Below the pieces are notes generated by a model. The model ran no database searches, was not told the DNA's origin, and saw nothing but the letters and a program-made list of their open reading frames with translations. Shown here piece by piece: positions 8,641-18,408 of a stretch of DNA of 32,223 nt (position 1 is the stretch's first letter; the number at the start of each line of letters is the position of its first letter). This DNA comes from a virus. Where the stretch lies: UHGV virus genome UHGV-1520234; one strand, written 5' to 3'. A program made the position numbers and the translations under genes.

Positions 8641-10592
8641 TACGCAGGTCCTTTCAATTGCTGTACCGCCCTGGCATTTACAGCCCCCTGCTTGTCAGCG
8701 ATCAGATTAGCCGCCTCCTGAGGGTTGTTAACTCCATGAACATTTATAACAGTCTGCTGGTTAAGGCTGCCAGCGGCGGCCTGATACGCCAGCGGGCTGT
8801 TCCAGTTTGAATAACCTTCTTTGCGCGCCATCGACTGCATCAATGCTCCCATAGTACGGGGATCTGTAAGATTCAATATTGCATTCGGTGATACTCCCAT
8901 CCATTTCGCAACATCCTGTGCATACTTTTTCGGATCGTTGTTATCACCTGCCGGGGCCCAGGTACTGACAATATCCTGAATAGTCTGTAATGCCCGTCCG
9001 GTTGTTTTCCCGGTAAAGTAACGCATGAGCTGGTTTTTCATCGCCTCCCAGCCCTCAAGAGCTGATTCGAAAAACCGGAACCCTTTACCGCTCACCGGGC
9101 GAATATTCCCTGGATTGTTATTCCGATCGGCTAAAGTACGCTTCGTAGCCTGTGCATGTTGTTCCGGCTCAGCACCTGGAATATCTGACTGAATATTTGC
9201 GCCTTTTACGGTATGAGGATTACGACCAAAATCGGTATCAATGCCAAGCCAGCGCAATGAATCTCCAATATTTTGTTTCGTGTAATCCCAGGATGACTTC
9301 GCACTGGTACCAATATTTTCGCGATCGGAGTACAAATAAGCAGCATAAGCCATCCAGCCTTTTAACCATGGCGGTACCGGCAAACCAGATATTTTCCCGA
9401 AAGCCCCCAGGACCTTGGATACCCAGACACCCGCGATGAATGTACCGAGGATTTCCAATGATTTTTGCCAGCCGCCAACACCATCTTTTAGTTCCAGAAG
9501 GTGATCACGAAGCCAGGTGATCGCATCCTTCGCTTTATCTATTGCCGGTTGCCATTTTTCCCAGTCGATAAGACTGTTACCGCCTTCTTTCCATGTTTTG
9601 TAGTCTTCCCACAAGAGACTGAGAGCCACGATCAGACCGGTAATCAGCCCTATAGGTGACATCCAGAAAGTAGAGTTAAGTATCCGCATGGCGACAACCA
9701 GACCGCCGATAACCTCTATCAGGGTTTTCGTTTCGGCATCCAGTTTTCCCCACCACTCGATGATATCTCCGACACCATCGACTATCCGAAATGCAACCCG
9801 CCCGACTATCTCACCCAGCCAGAGGATCCCCTTTATGACCTTTGTGATGGTGACTTCAATTTTGGGAAAATTTTCAATTATCTTTTTGCGCAGGTTATCA
9901 ATCTGCCCCGCCAGTCCGTCCGCAAGATTCGATCCGATTTTGTCCCGCGCCATCCCGGCCATTTCACCGAGCGATTTCAGCGAGGTCATAAACCGGTTTG
10001 ACGATAAGGCAGCCTGATCGGCATTAAATCCGATAGCTTTCGCCATTGCGCTGTACTGCCCGGAGAACCCCCCCACACCCCGGCGCATCGCCATAAGGGT
10101 ATTTTCGTCAATGCCCAGCATCTGCGCATACTGGTTAGCCCGGTAATACGGCATGCTGCTGAGCTTCTGGCCGACGCCCGTAAAGATAGCGGCCATGTCG
10201 CGCATGTTACCGCTGGCGTCACGGGTCTGTACCCCCAGACGATTCAGAAATCCCTCCGCCCCGGGATTATTACGAATAAACCGGGAGAGGTTTTCCAGAG
10301 AAGATCGCGCAGCGTCCACGCTGCCGCCAACCTGCGAAACCGCATAGCCAATAGACTGAATCCCCTGAACCGTCGCGCCGGTGCGCTGTGACGCCCAGTA
10401 GAGATTATCCAGACCGGAGGCGATCTTAGCCGTGAAGGCCACCACGGACAGCGCAGCTCCTTCAACAGCCAGCCCCATTTTGATGACATTTGCAGTTGTA
10501 CCGGCGAGGACAGAACCGAACTTTTTCGCTCCTGCATCATCCACACTGAAGCCAAGCGAGACGAGGAAATCTTTAATAGTTTCAGCGTTCAT
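8640..10592 (-). CDS. Tail tape measure protein
   Basis: Largest ORF in the tail module, with hydrophobic segments. The track start at 10613 is a TTG; the first ATG is at 10592 (MNAETIKDFL...) with GAGAGG upstream. Sits directly downstream of the chaperone frameshift window. Confidence 0.7.
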   Translation of the reverse strand: MNAETIKDFLVSLGFSVDDAGAKKFGSVLAGTTANVIKMGLAVEGAALSVVAFTAKIASGLDNLYWASQRTGATVQGIQSIGYAVSQVGGSVDAARSSLENLSRFIRNNPGAEGFLNRLGVQTRDASGNMRDMAAIFTGVGQKLSSMPYYRANQYAQMLGIDENTLMAMRRGVGGFSGQYSAMAKAIGFNADQAALSSNRFMTSLKSLGEMAGMARDKIGSNLADGLAGQIDNLRKKIIENFPKIEVTITKVIKGILWLGEIVGRVAFRIVDGVGDIIEWWGKLDAETKTLIEVIGGLVVAMRILNSTFWMSPIGLITGLIVALSLLWEDYKTWKEGGNSLIDWEKWQPAIDKAKDAITWLRDHLLELKDGVGGWQKSLEILGTFIAGVWVSKVLGAFGKISGLPVPPWLKGWMAYAAYLYSDRENIGTSAKSSWDYTKQNIGDSLRWLGIDTDFGRNPHTVKGANIQSDIPGAEPEQHAQATKRTLADRNNNPGNIRPVSGKGFRFFESALEGWEAMKNQLMRYFTGKTTGRALQTIQDIVSTWAPAGDNNDPKKYAQDVAKWMGVSPNAILNLTDPRTMGALMQSMARKEGYSNWNSPLAYQAAAGSLNQQTVINVHGVNNPQEAANLIADKQGAVNARAVQQLKGPA

Positions 10593-11222
10593 TATCCTCT
10601 CTCCATTTCTCAATGCGCCGCTGGTTATCCGCTTTTACCGCCAGATGGTCATTCAAGAGAGCAATGTCGTACAAATCGACAGAGCCATCTTTAAGTGCTG
10701 TATAAGGAATTAACCCGGCGTCAACCGGATTGAGAAGGTAAGACAGCCCGTCCGGCAGGCTGTTAAACGTCAGCCCTGTTGCAGGCTCTGCGTCGTGCTG
10801 GTAAGGGGTGTAGGCAAAAAATTTCCCAGCGAATCGGCGACCACCCGCGCCACCAGATGCAGCATGACCAGCAAGTCAATATCATCAAACATCAGTTCGC
10901 CCTGGGTAAATACCGGAACCCATCCGTCCATATGACGCCGCGATACCACCGCAAGACAGGGATGAATAATCGCACTGGTGTCATCTTCGGTCAGGGAAGA
11001 CAGTTCCTCAGCGATACGCGGGAGCATGGTTTCAAACACCGGTTTTAACTGCTCGAATTTCACGGTGTCGATTTTGCCATCAGCAGGCAAACGGGAGCGA
11101 ATGCTCCCGAAATCTGACATCATTCCTGCCAGCACCGGCAGAAGTTTGCGGGTCACTTTCAGCTGATCAAAAACGCTGAGTTTTGCCGCGCGATATTTCA
11201 CGCCTTTGATTTCGAATTCCAT
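10582..11222 (-). CDS. Predicted -1 frameshift fusion product of the tail assembly chaperone (G-T-like)
   Basis: Slippery run GGGAAATTTTTTG (minus strand, plus coordinates 10827..10815; candidate heptamers G_GGA_AAT and A_AAT_TTT) lies 18 codons before the zero-frame stop. The -1 frame is then open for 81 codons, translated by hand, and ends at the TGA at 10584..10582 just inside the tape measure start. Confidence 0.45.
10770..11222 (-). CDS. Tail assembly chaperone (zero-frame product)
   Basis: 150-aa ORF with an ATG start, between the tail tube and tape measure genes. Confidence 0.55.
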   Translation of the reverse strand: MEFEIKGVKYRAAKLSVFDQLKVTRKLLPVLAGMMSDFGSIRSRLPADGKIDTVKFEQLKPVFETMLPRIAEELSSLTEDDTSAIIHPCLAVVSRRHMDGWVPVFTQGELMFDDIDLLVMLHLVARVVADSLGNFLPTPLTSTTQSLQQG

Positions 11223-11225
11223 GTA

Positions 11226-11666
11226 TTAAAACTCCCCGAGAACCTGGTCAATCTTGCCGCAGTCAAACACCCACGGCATCTTATTACCGGTTTTAGCGTT
11301 GGCATTATCCGGTTGTTTCTGGAACGCAACACTACGTGCCGTGATGATGTCGCCGCTGACCTTGTTTCGGATCACAATAACGTTATTCCCCCATGTGGCA
11401 GAAGACTGGCTCTGTGCGTTATACGCCAGCGACAATTTTTTATTTGTCGGTGATGTCATCAGAAGGTTAACGGTAATCGTCCCGCTTTTATCTGCATGGA
11501 GACTGTGCATCACTTCGCCATCAGCACCGATGGTCATGGTGTTTTTAGGACCGCCCATCGCAACCACAATCCCCTCTTCAGAACTTGCAGAACCGTACCC
11601 GAGGTCAATCGAACCGGTCGGCCCGGTCAGCGTCGCAGTGACATCCATAAAAGAATAGGTAGACAT
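11226..11666 (-). CDS. Tail tube protein (contractile-tail type)
   Basis: 146-aa ORF with an ATG start immediately downstream of the sheath gene. Confidence 0.55.
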   Translation of the reverse strand: MSTYSFMDVTATLTGPTGSIDLGYGSASSEEGIVVAMGGPKNTMTIGADGEVMHSLHADKSGTITVNLLMTSPTNKKLSLAYNAQSQSSATWGNNVIVIRNKVSGDIITARSVAFQKQPDNANAKTGNKMPWVFDCGKIDQVLGEF

Positions 11667-11676
11667 TCACTTCCCC

Positions 11677-12822
11677 TTAGCGAACAACGTTAATCTGTAC
11701 GTCAGCGTAATGAACCGCGCCAGCCAGCTTACAGGCCACCTGGATTAACGGTGCTTTGCGCGCTTCGCGGTCGGCCTGCGCCTGTTCGGACAGCGGTTGC
11801 GCATACACGTAATAGCCTTTGGTCAGCGTATCGCCGGAATTCAGCTGTCCGATAGGGCCACCATTCCACACGCCAGTAGCTACCAGACCGTTCGTGACGG
11901 ACTGATCCATGGATTGTTCAACGTTGGAAAGCAGACGGGTCACACCGGCATCAGTCTGCGGAATTTTGGTGGTGCTGGTGTAAAGCAGGTTATAGAGGTT
12001 GGTCTGAACGTAGTTCTGCAACCAATCGAGCCCGTGGCGCTCGTCGAAGAAGTCACCGTTCGCCATGACACCCTGTTGCAGGATCGCCGTGTCGTTGGCG
12101 TAGTACACGAACACATTGCAGTTTTTTGCATCAAGTGCCGATGCCTGGCTGACTGTCAGTGTTTCATACCCGACACCCGGCTCCTGCTTAAACTTGAGCG
12201 TAATCGCGGTATTACTGCCATTGAAATTAACCGTGAATGCCCGGCCAAATGCAGATAACGCAGCGTATTTACTACCCGATGAATATTGAATAAAACTGCG
12301 TGAATATCCGGCGGTTTTCAGTTTTGATGCCAAATCATCGCTGGATGCAGTCTGCAGGCATTTCTCATCGCTTGTCGTAATCGCCAGAATACGGCTTACA
12401 GAAGAGGATTCGATCGCCGCAGCCACTTTCAGCCAGTCTGCATCCGGAATATCTTCATCGTCTGCAATCCCCAGCCCATACCATGAAGTATAATCGAGCA
12501 TGGCATTCACAGCCTGCTCCAGCGTCTCAGGCGTGGCCTGTTCGCTGTCTCCCTTCGTTTTCACCCAACGACCAACAAAAACCTCCTGAGGTTTCGGTGA
12601 TTGTGAGAAAAACACCTGCGCAGCCTTATATTCTGGTGATTCCACGCCAAAATCTTTTCCAATATCTTCCGCGGCAGAATAACGGCGAATGCGCTCACTT
12701 ACCGGAATGATTGTGGACGGGCCGAGAATGAGTAATGCACCAAAATTTCGCCCTGATGCTGCACGCGGCGACATGATCACATCAACATTAACAACGTTTG
12801 ATACAGGCAAGCCCTGTGCCAT
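11677..12822 (-). CDS. Tail sheath protein
   Basis: 381-aa ORF with an ATG start; size and position (upstream of tube, chaperone and tape measure) fit a sheath protein of a contractile tail. Confidence 0.6.
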   Translation of the reverse strand: MAQGLPVSNVVNVDVIMSPRAASGRNFGALLILGPSTIIPVSERIRRYSAAEDIGKDFGVESPEYKAAQVFFSQSPKPQEVFVGRWVKTKGDSEQATPETLEQAVNAMLDYTSWYGLGIADDEDIPDADWLKVAAAIESSSVSRILAITTSDEKCLQTASSDDLASKLKTAGYSRSFIQYSSGSKYAALSAFGRAFTVNFNGSNTAITLKFKQEPGVGYETLTVSQASALDAKNCNVFVYYANDTAILQQGVMANGDFFDERHGLDWLQNYVQTNLYNLLYTSTTKIPQTDAGVTRLLSNVEQSMDQSVTNGLVATGVWNGGPIGQLNSGDTLTKGYYVYAQPLSEQAQADREARKAPLIQVACKLAGAVHYADVQINVVR

Positions 12823-12825
12823 AGC

Positions 12826-13434
12826 TTAATCTCCGAAAAAGATGACTGGTGCTTCCACCAGCGATTTAATACCGTACTCGCGCACAACCTTCCGGCGCAG
12901 ACGCACCGTCATATCGTAGCGGCGGACCCATTGCTGATTAATAAGTTCAGGGAAGGGAGTCAGACCTGTGTAATCGCCAAGAGACAGCCCCAGCGCATTC
13001 AGTGCTGCGTTGTTCTGCGGTACAGATATACCGTCACGAAACCGTGACGCATACACCATCCCCGCTGGTCCATAAAACGAAGCCATACACTCAATCGTTT
13101 CATGCCGCCAGAGCTGAGAGCCATCATCGGTCTGTCTGGTGAATGCCGGACTGTCATCACCTGACCATCCGATAACCCCAAACGCACACCAGTTCGTTTC
13201 AACCGGTAGCAGTGGCGGCTGCTCTTTCTGCCAGCGCGGGCGAACCATCCCGGCAGACAGGCCGGAAACGTTACGCATCCACTGGCTTAACAGCCTGTCG
13301 AGCGCTTCGTCATAATCCGGATCGCCACTGGTTGGTATTAACCATCCGCGCTCTGTGCTGGTGTTATTGCTCAACCGGAATTCCCCCATCAAACGGCAGC
13401 AACTCACAATGCGCCTGAACGAATCCGGCACCAT
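12826..13434 (-). CDS. Hypothetical structural protein (neck / tail completion region)
   Basis: ORF with an ATG at 13434; an alternative ATG at 13389 (MGEFRLS...) shortens the overlap with the upstream gene. Confidence 0.4.
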   Translation of the reverse strand: MVPDSFRRIVSCCRLMGEFRLSNNTSTERGWLIPTSGDPDYDEALDRLLSQWMRNVSGLSAGMVRPRWQKEQPPLLPVETNWCAFGVIGWSGDDSPAFTRQTDDGSQLWRHETIECMASFYGPAGMVYASRFRDGISVPQNNAALNALGLSLGDYTGLTPFPELINQQWVRRYDMTVRLRRKVVREYGIKSLVEAPVIFFGD

Positions 13435-13753
13435 ACGCTGTATACGGGTCGACGAAAGTCACACGATAATCACGGCCCTGATACGTCACGATATCGGCAT
13501 CACGGCCAGTCTGCCCCTGTGTCAGCCGCTCAGTTGTCACGATAAGAATCGCGCCACTGATAACTTGCCCGGACTGCATACGGCGGTTTTCCAGAGAGCG
13601 ATCAACAGTTACGACTCCGGCAAACTGCTTTTTAACTTCGCTGTCGCTGCCGATCCCATCCTCATCCACCGTTTGCACACGGCGTGTTACCCACAAATTG
13701 AAGTCGCAAAAATCGGGGTCAAAAAGCACATCTGTTACATCAAGAGTCGGCAT
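13364..13753 (-). CDS. Hypothetical structural protein (head-tail joining region)
   Basis: 129-aa ORF with an ATG start and a short overlap with its neighbours. Confidence 0.4.
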   Translation of the reverse strand: MPTLDVTDVLFDPDFCDFNLWVTRRVQTVDEDGIGSDSEVKKQFAGVVTVDRSLENRRMQSGQVISGAILIVTTERLTQGQTGRDADIVTYQGRDYRVTFVDPYTAYGAGFVQAHCELLPFDGGIPVEQ

Positions 13754-14294
13754 CTTTATCCCTCACAACATGGGTAATAGCTCTGCGATATTGCCCGGTG
13801 TCAATTAATGGTTTCGCCAGATCGGTTCCGGGAGATTCGCCAGCAACACGCCGGGCAAGTTCCAGTGTTGCCCCCTTGCGCCCCCGACGAGCCCGGGCTT
13901 CAACGGTGCTATCAGCAAGCGGCGTAAAGCCGGTAATGGTCATGTAACGCCTGACGCCATTAACGGCCAGCGTTCCGGCACGGTTGAGTGCGCTTTCTGC
14001 TCCCGCAGCATTACCATCAAGTGCAGCCTGCGCCGCGGCTTTGAGTTGCGGCACCGTCTGCTCTTCTGCCGATTTAACGCCGGGGACCAGGTGAGGTCGT
14101 GGCGGGATGTTCTGCTCTGGTGAGCCGTATTCGTTGAGGTAACCGATGCCCGCATTACCAAACGGAACATCATCCCGCTCGCTGTCTTCCGAAGGGATGC
14201 CGACCAGCACATCTTTTTTGGTTAACGACCTGAGCGCATCCAGAATGGCCTTAGCGTTATCCACCCTCGTTGTTACACCGCTTTTGAAACTCAT
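13740..14294 (-). CDS. Hypothetical structural protein (head-tail joining region)
   Basis: 184-aa ORF with an ATG start, 4-nt overlap with the upstream gene. Confidence 0.4.
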   Translation of the reverse strand: MSFKSGVTTRVDNAKAILDALRSLTKKDVLVGIPSEDSERDDVPFGNAGIGYLNEYGSPEQNIPPRPHLVPGVKSAEEQTVPQLKAAAQAALDGNAAGAESALNRAGTLAVNGVRRYMTITGFTPLADSTVEARARRGRKGATLELARRVAGESPGTDLAKPLIDTGQYRRAITHVVRDKDADS

Positions 14295-14698
14295 AGCTGG
14301 CGACCACCTGCACCGAACATCGTGATCAACTGATAAAATTCAGCGCCATATCGGGTGTTATTCCAGAAACCTGCATCAGGATTCAGCGTCGCGCTGGTGT
14401 CATAGCTGACGCTTACCTTGTCAATGGACTTAGAGGACTGAACACCATTGGTTGAACCGCCCGGGCCGCCAACCAGCATCGCCCGACTATCTGCCGCCCA
14501 GAGCGTCATGTAGTGCGCAACGAACAATCCGGCAAAGTACGGAAACAACTTTTTGCCGGTGACGTTTTCACTCAGCAGTTCATCGGCCAGATTCAGACGA
14601 AACTGGATTTGCGCTTCGGGATATTTGGCAGGGTCAGCAAACTGCGGGAAGTCGCGGCGAAAATCACTTACCGCTGGCAGACTTTGATTCTTTGGCAT
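14291..14698 (-). CDS. Hypothetical head-tail connector-region protein
   Basis: 135-aa ORF with an ATG start downstream of the capsid gene. Confidence 0.45.
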   Translation of the reverse strand: MPKNQSLPAVSDFRRDFPQFADPAKYPEAQIQFRLNLADELLSENVTGKKLFPYFAGLFVAHYMTLWAADSRAMLVGGPGGSTNGVQSSKSIDKVSVSYDTSATLNPDAGFWNNTRYGAEFYQLITMFGAGGRQL

Positions 14699-14885
14699 TT
14701 TTTACCTCGTTACGCGCGTCTGTGGCTTTGCCAACGGATACTTCCGCGTGCGCACGAGTGAACCAGTGCGTGGCAACGTCTTCCTCCACAGCATGACGGC
14801 CTTTAACAAACTCGCGCCGTGAACAGTCGGGAAGCGTGAGCACAAACGGGGTATGTACGTGTATTACTGCATTATTTTTTGCCAT
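14664..14885 (-). CDS. Small hypothetical protein
   Basis: 73-aa ORF; ATG at 14885 preceded by AAGGA at about -8, just after the post-capsid hairpin. Confidence 0.4.
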   Translation of the reverse strand: MAKNNAVIHVHTPFVLTLPDCSRREFVKGRHAVEEDVATHWFTRAHAEVSVGKATDARNEVKNAKESKSASGK

Positions 14886-14898
14886 CGGGTCATCCTTA

Positions 14899-14919
14899 AT
14901 GGCCCCGCCAAGGGGCCAT
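14899..14919 (-). other. GC-rich stem-loop immediately downstream of the major capsid gene
   Basis: Perfect 8-bp stem atggcccc (14899-14906) / ggggccat (14912-14919) with a 5-nt loop, about 8 nt past the capsid stop; no U-tract follows. Confidence 0.45.
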
Positions 14920-14926
14920 GTGGCTG

Positions 14927-15868
14927 TTAAATGCCATCAACGTACGAAATGGTTTCTTTGTACACTGGCTCGACTGCACCCAGCTTGCCGTAGTAAGTGA
15001 CGATCTGATACAGACCGCGATACTGCACCGGCACGCTCTGAAGCGGAACCAGCGGGTAGCGGACGTATTTTTTATCGTTGGTGTACGCAACCATGCGATC
15101 CTTATTCCCCACACCACGGCCTTTCAGCCATTTAACCGCGCGGATATTCAGCGGAACACCGTTCTGGTGATAGCTGATGGTGTTGGTCTGAAGGTACGTC
15201 AACAGGGACTGGTTACCCGCAGATGAAACGATGATGCTGGACAACAGAGCAAACTGCTCAGGCGGGATCAGCAAATCACGCGGAACCACAGAGTAACCGG
15301 AAGCGGCCCACGCATCAGACAGCACCTGGTTAATGCTTGCGCGGATTTCGTCCGGTGTTGAGGTTGCCCACGTTTTGGCAGCGTTGTTGACAGGAACACC
15401 GTTCAGGGTAACAAGGCCTTTCAGGTTTAATGCGGAATCACCAACATACACCTGTTCATCGTTATCCATCTGCCATTTCAGTTGCATCCCGTCATACTTC
15501 TGCGTATCAATCGGGCGTCCGACCTGCTGAGCAGCCTGCAATTCTATGACCGTCCAGCCCAGTTCCATCCCCCACAGGTTCAGCGGGTTACCGGATTTGC
15601 CGATATCCACGTTCACGCCAGCAATAGCGGTTGAGTCTTTGCCTACCCAGTTTTTGCCATTCGGATTTGCGCCAGTACCCGCAGCGGCGAAGCTGGTATT
15701 CGTCCAGCTGGAAATGTCATCTGCGATGGAGACATCTTCACGCAACTGAATATCGCGGGTCCAGGTGTACCCCACCAGTGGCAGGTTCAGCGTCTGGTCG
15801 AGTCGCTCCAGCTCCCCGATGAGAAAGGCACCAGAGCTGTCAACGGTTGCCTGATCAAAAGTAATCAT
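14927..15868 (-). CDS. Major capsid protein (probable)
   Basis: 313-aa ORF with an ATG start, downstream of scaffold-like genes and followed by a stem-loop; assigned by position and size. Confidence 0.55.
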   Translation of the reverse strand: MITFDQATVDSSGAFLIGELERLDQTLNLPLVGYTWTRDIQLREDVSIADDISSWTNTSFAAAGTGANPNGKNWVGKDSTAIAGVNVDIGKSGNPLNLWGMELGWTVIELQAAQQVGRPIDTQKYDGMQLKWQMDNDEQVYVGDSALNLKGLVTLNGVPVNNAAKTWATSTPDEIRASINQVLSDAWAASGYSVVPRDLLIPPEQFALLSSIIVSSAGNQSLLTYLQTNTISYHQNGVPLNIRAVKWLKGRGVGNKDRMVAYTNDKKYVRYPLVPLQSVPVQYRGLYQIVTYYGKLGAVEPVYKETISYVDGI

Positions 15869-15879
15869 TCGTCTGTTCC

Positions 15880-16383
15880 TTAAATCTTCCAGGAAATTTC
15901 TGCATTGCCGTTAGCATCACCGGCACCTGTGAATTCAGCGTTGGTCAGCACCACATTTTTGCCACTGACTGACGTGGACATGAATCCACCCAGCGGCACT
16001 TTGATGGATTCATCAGTGGAGACGACAACGTATACCGGGTCGCCTTTTTTGATGGTGCTGGCATCAAAATCAGAACCGAGATTAACGGTCACGTAGCCAC
16101 GCTTCATGGCGTCGCCCGGGAAGTTCTTGCCACTCCCCACCTGGAGAACCATGTCCGGCTGCGACGTGGTCGGATAAGGGCGCACATAGATCCCCTTCAC
16201 CTTGTCTGCGGTATCACCATCTGCCAGCGGTACGAAAAAACCGTCAGCATCGTATTTACCAGCCAGCCCATAGGCAGCAAAGGCGTTATCGGATTTAAGG
16301 ACCACCGGTTCGACGGTTAAGTCCTGCGGGCGAGAGATAGCCCCGGCAATGCCAACAGGCATCCGGTACAGATATGCAGTCAT
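15880..16383 (-). CDS. Head structural protein (possible decoration/accessory protein)
   Basis: 167-aa ORF with an ATG start between the scaffold-like gene and the capsid gene. Confidence 0.4.
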   Translation of the reverse strand: MTAYLYRMPVGIAGAISRPQDLTVEPVVLKSDNAFAAYGLAGKYDADGFFVPLADGDTADKVKGIYVRPYPTTSQPDMVLQVGSGKNFPGDAMKRGYVTVNLGSDFDASTIKKGDPVYVVVSTDESIKVPLGGFMSTSVSGKNVVLTNAEFTGAGDANGNAEISWKI

Positions 16384-16387
16384 TGGA

Positions 16388-17620
16388 TTATCCTTTGCGG
16401 TTAGACCAGAATTCGGCGTTTTGTTTGTTCAGGGAAGCGATGCTGGTCATGCCCATATTTTGGCGTTGTGCATCGCCCATGGTGGTACGGGTGTTTCGCC
16501 CTTTGGCAATCTCTGACACGGCATTAAACGCCATGTTGACCGATTGCTTGGGCAATTTGCGGATATCCGCATCACCGACAACCTGGCGAACCAGTGTTTT
16601 GTCAGCGGCAGCCAGCACATCACGTTTGAACGCGGTCGGTTTCACCTTACGGCTCAGATCGATACCCGGGACGATAACCTCGGCACGATAGGCAGAGTCA
16701 CCGGTAATCGTGGTTTCCTCTTCGTCGTCCTCGCCATCGCCGGTCGGATCTTTTTTGTCTTTTTCGTCAGGCTTATTGTCGTTATCGCACGTCGCATTTC
16801 CTTCCAGCTTAGCCAGCAGGGCTTTGAGCAAGGTTTTGATATCGTCCTCGCCGTCGCCGGTTGGACCTCCGCACATCTCTGGTGCTTTGTCCGGTAGCGG
16901 TTGCTGCGGGGACAGGTTGATGTTGAGATTAACGCCCTGCGGCAAATCCCCCTCATCTCCTGTAACCGATGCGGGAGCCGACTCCACCAGTTCGTTCATG
17001 GTGTCAGCGTCACCCGTTTTGATGGCCGTGCGCATGCGGGTCCACCAGCTTTTCTTTTGATTTGCCATTGTGTCTCTGTCTCCAATTGCACAACGATTTC
17101 CGGCTCTGCCTTTAGGGACAAGAGCCACATGGTTTCCGGTAATATCGACCTGCTCAGCTTTACCTAGCTCGGTCTGCTCGTACTCCGCGTCATAGCCGCA
17201 CGACACTTCGCGCAGGCCATCTTCGATAAGCTGAATGGCGTTTTCGTCTTTGACGATAAGGTCAGCCAGCATCAAATCAGACTGCTTACCCGTCCCGCGC
17301 CGGACATTCTGGAGGTGCCCGACAGCAAGCTCTTTCCAGTTCTCGGGATTTACCAGCCGCACATTCCCGTTTTCATCTTCAGGATGCAGAATCGTGATGC
17401 TCATCCCTTCGAATGAGGCAAGCGTGGCCGGATGGAATACCTGCTCAGGAGAACGCGTGACGACTATTTCACCGAACTTATCGGGTTTCAGTTTTGGCAG
17501 GTCATCAGCACCATAGAGCTGCTTACCTGTTCGTCCTATCGGCACGTCTCTGCACAGCAACGAGCCGTCAGCCAGCTGATAGCGGGTTTCCCCCAGCCGG
17601 GTATTGAAAAAATATTTCAT
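16388..17620 (-). CDS. Putative scaffold / prohead protease-like protein
   Basis: 410-aa ORF with an ATG start; contains a highly acidic region with a duplicated PTGDGEDD motif, typical of scaffolding proteins. Confidence 0.45.
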   Translation of the reverse strand: MKYFFNTRLGETRYQLADGSLLCRDVPIGRTGKQLYGADDLPKLKPDKFGEIVVTRSPEQVFHPATLASFEGMSITILHPEDENGNVRLVNPENWKELAVGHLQNVRRGTGKQSDLMLADLIVKDENAIQLIEDGLREVSCGYDAEYEQTELGKAEQVDITGNHVALVPKGRAGNRCAIGDRDTMANQKKSWWTRMRTAIKTGDADTMNELVESAPASVTGDEGDLPQGVNLNINLSPQQPLPDKAPEMCGGPTGDGEDDIKTLLKALLAKLEGNATCDNDNKPDEKDKKDPTGDGEDDEEETTITGDSAYRAEVIVPGIDLSRKVKPTAFKRDVLAAADKTLVRQVVGDADIRKLPKQSVNMAFNAVSEIAKGRNTRTTMGDAQRQNMGMTSIASLNKQNAEFWSNRKG

Positions 17621-17634
17621 GTGTTACCTGCGAT

Positions 17635-18408
17635 TCAGGCGGGATAAGATTGGGAGGTGGGAAAAACGATTTCTTTATAACAGCGACAATTCGGGAGCTC
17701 GCCAGCGTGGCCTGTCATGCCGTCAAGCGTTGGAGGTTTGCCCCATTCGACAAATTTACCTTCCATTTCCCGATGAGAATGCCTGACGTCACCATCTTCG
17801 GCTGTACGCCAGATATAACCATTCGAACCAATTGACAGCGCACGCGCCTGATCCAGCGCGCCGGTTGCACGTCCAAGTTCAGTACGGGCAATCAGGTCAG
17901 CTCTGGACTTTGCTATATCACCCGATGCGGCTATTTCTTTAGCAAAATATTCTGCTCTCCCACCGGTCACAACAGCTTCTGTCGCCCGATTCTGGATGTC
18001 GTACACCCTGTCAGCCGCCTCGAGGGGGAGCGATTTGATGTACTTGACCTGTTCGGCGATGATGGATTGCATCACCTGGCCCACAGGAGCGCTTTCCACA
18101 AGATTGCGGAGCTCGCGACTGATGTTCTTGCTGTGTTGCCGCCAAACTTTCTCGTTCTGCCGGGTTAGGTCCGCAGTAAAGTTTTCCGCGACCTTTGTCG
18201 CCCAGGGGGTGATGATTTCACTGTAGCGTTCCAGCGCCTCAATAATTTCCGTGATACTGTCATTTGAACCATCGTAGCGACCATTTACGATGTCTCCGAC
18301 CGCCCGCGCTATCTGCCGTAGGCTCGTTCGATATCGGATCTCCGCCTGGCGGCTCTGGCGGTTTGTCGTCAAGTTCGCCGATGCCTGGCGGCGCTTCGTC
18401 TTCGGCAT
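17635..18408 (-). CDS. Head morphogenesis protein (Mu F / SPP1 gp7 family)
   Basis: 257-aa ORF; ATG at 18408 with GAGGA upstream; C-terminal motifs (NGYIWRTAEDGDVRHSH...PNCRCY) resemble Mu F-like proteins. Its start lies 148 nt inside the portal gene in another frame. Confidence 0.6.
   Translation of the reverse strand: MPKTKRRQASANLTTNRQSRQAEIRYRTSLRQIARAVGDIVNGRYDGSNDSITEIIEALERYSEIITPWATKVAENFTADLTRQNEKVWRQHSKNISRELRNLVESAPVGQVMQSIIAEQVKYIKSLPLEAADRVYDIQNRATEAVVTGGRAEYFAKEIAASGDIAKSRADLIARTELGRATGALDQARALSIGSNGYIWRTAEDGDVRHSHREMEGKFVEWGKPPTLDGMTGHAGELPNCRCYKEIVFPTSQSYPA

Noticed and set aside
8513-10713. Several plus-strand ORFs of 60-110 codons inside the tape measure and neighbouring tail genes (e.g. 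9152..9439, 9688..10017, 10432..10713)
   Set aside because: All lie antisense within long, well-supported minus-strand genes, lack RBSs and have low-complexity translations typical of shadow ORFs.
14896-15117. Minus-strand 73-aa ORF inside the major capsid gene in another frame
   Set aside because: Entirely nested within the capsid coding sequence with no independent start context; treated as an alternative-frame artefact.
16654-17060. ORFs 16654..16956 (-) and 16710..17060 (+) within the scaffold-like gene
   Set aside because: Alternative-frame and antisense ORFs through the repetitive acidic region; repeat-rich GC-rich sequence readily yields long spurious ORFs.
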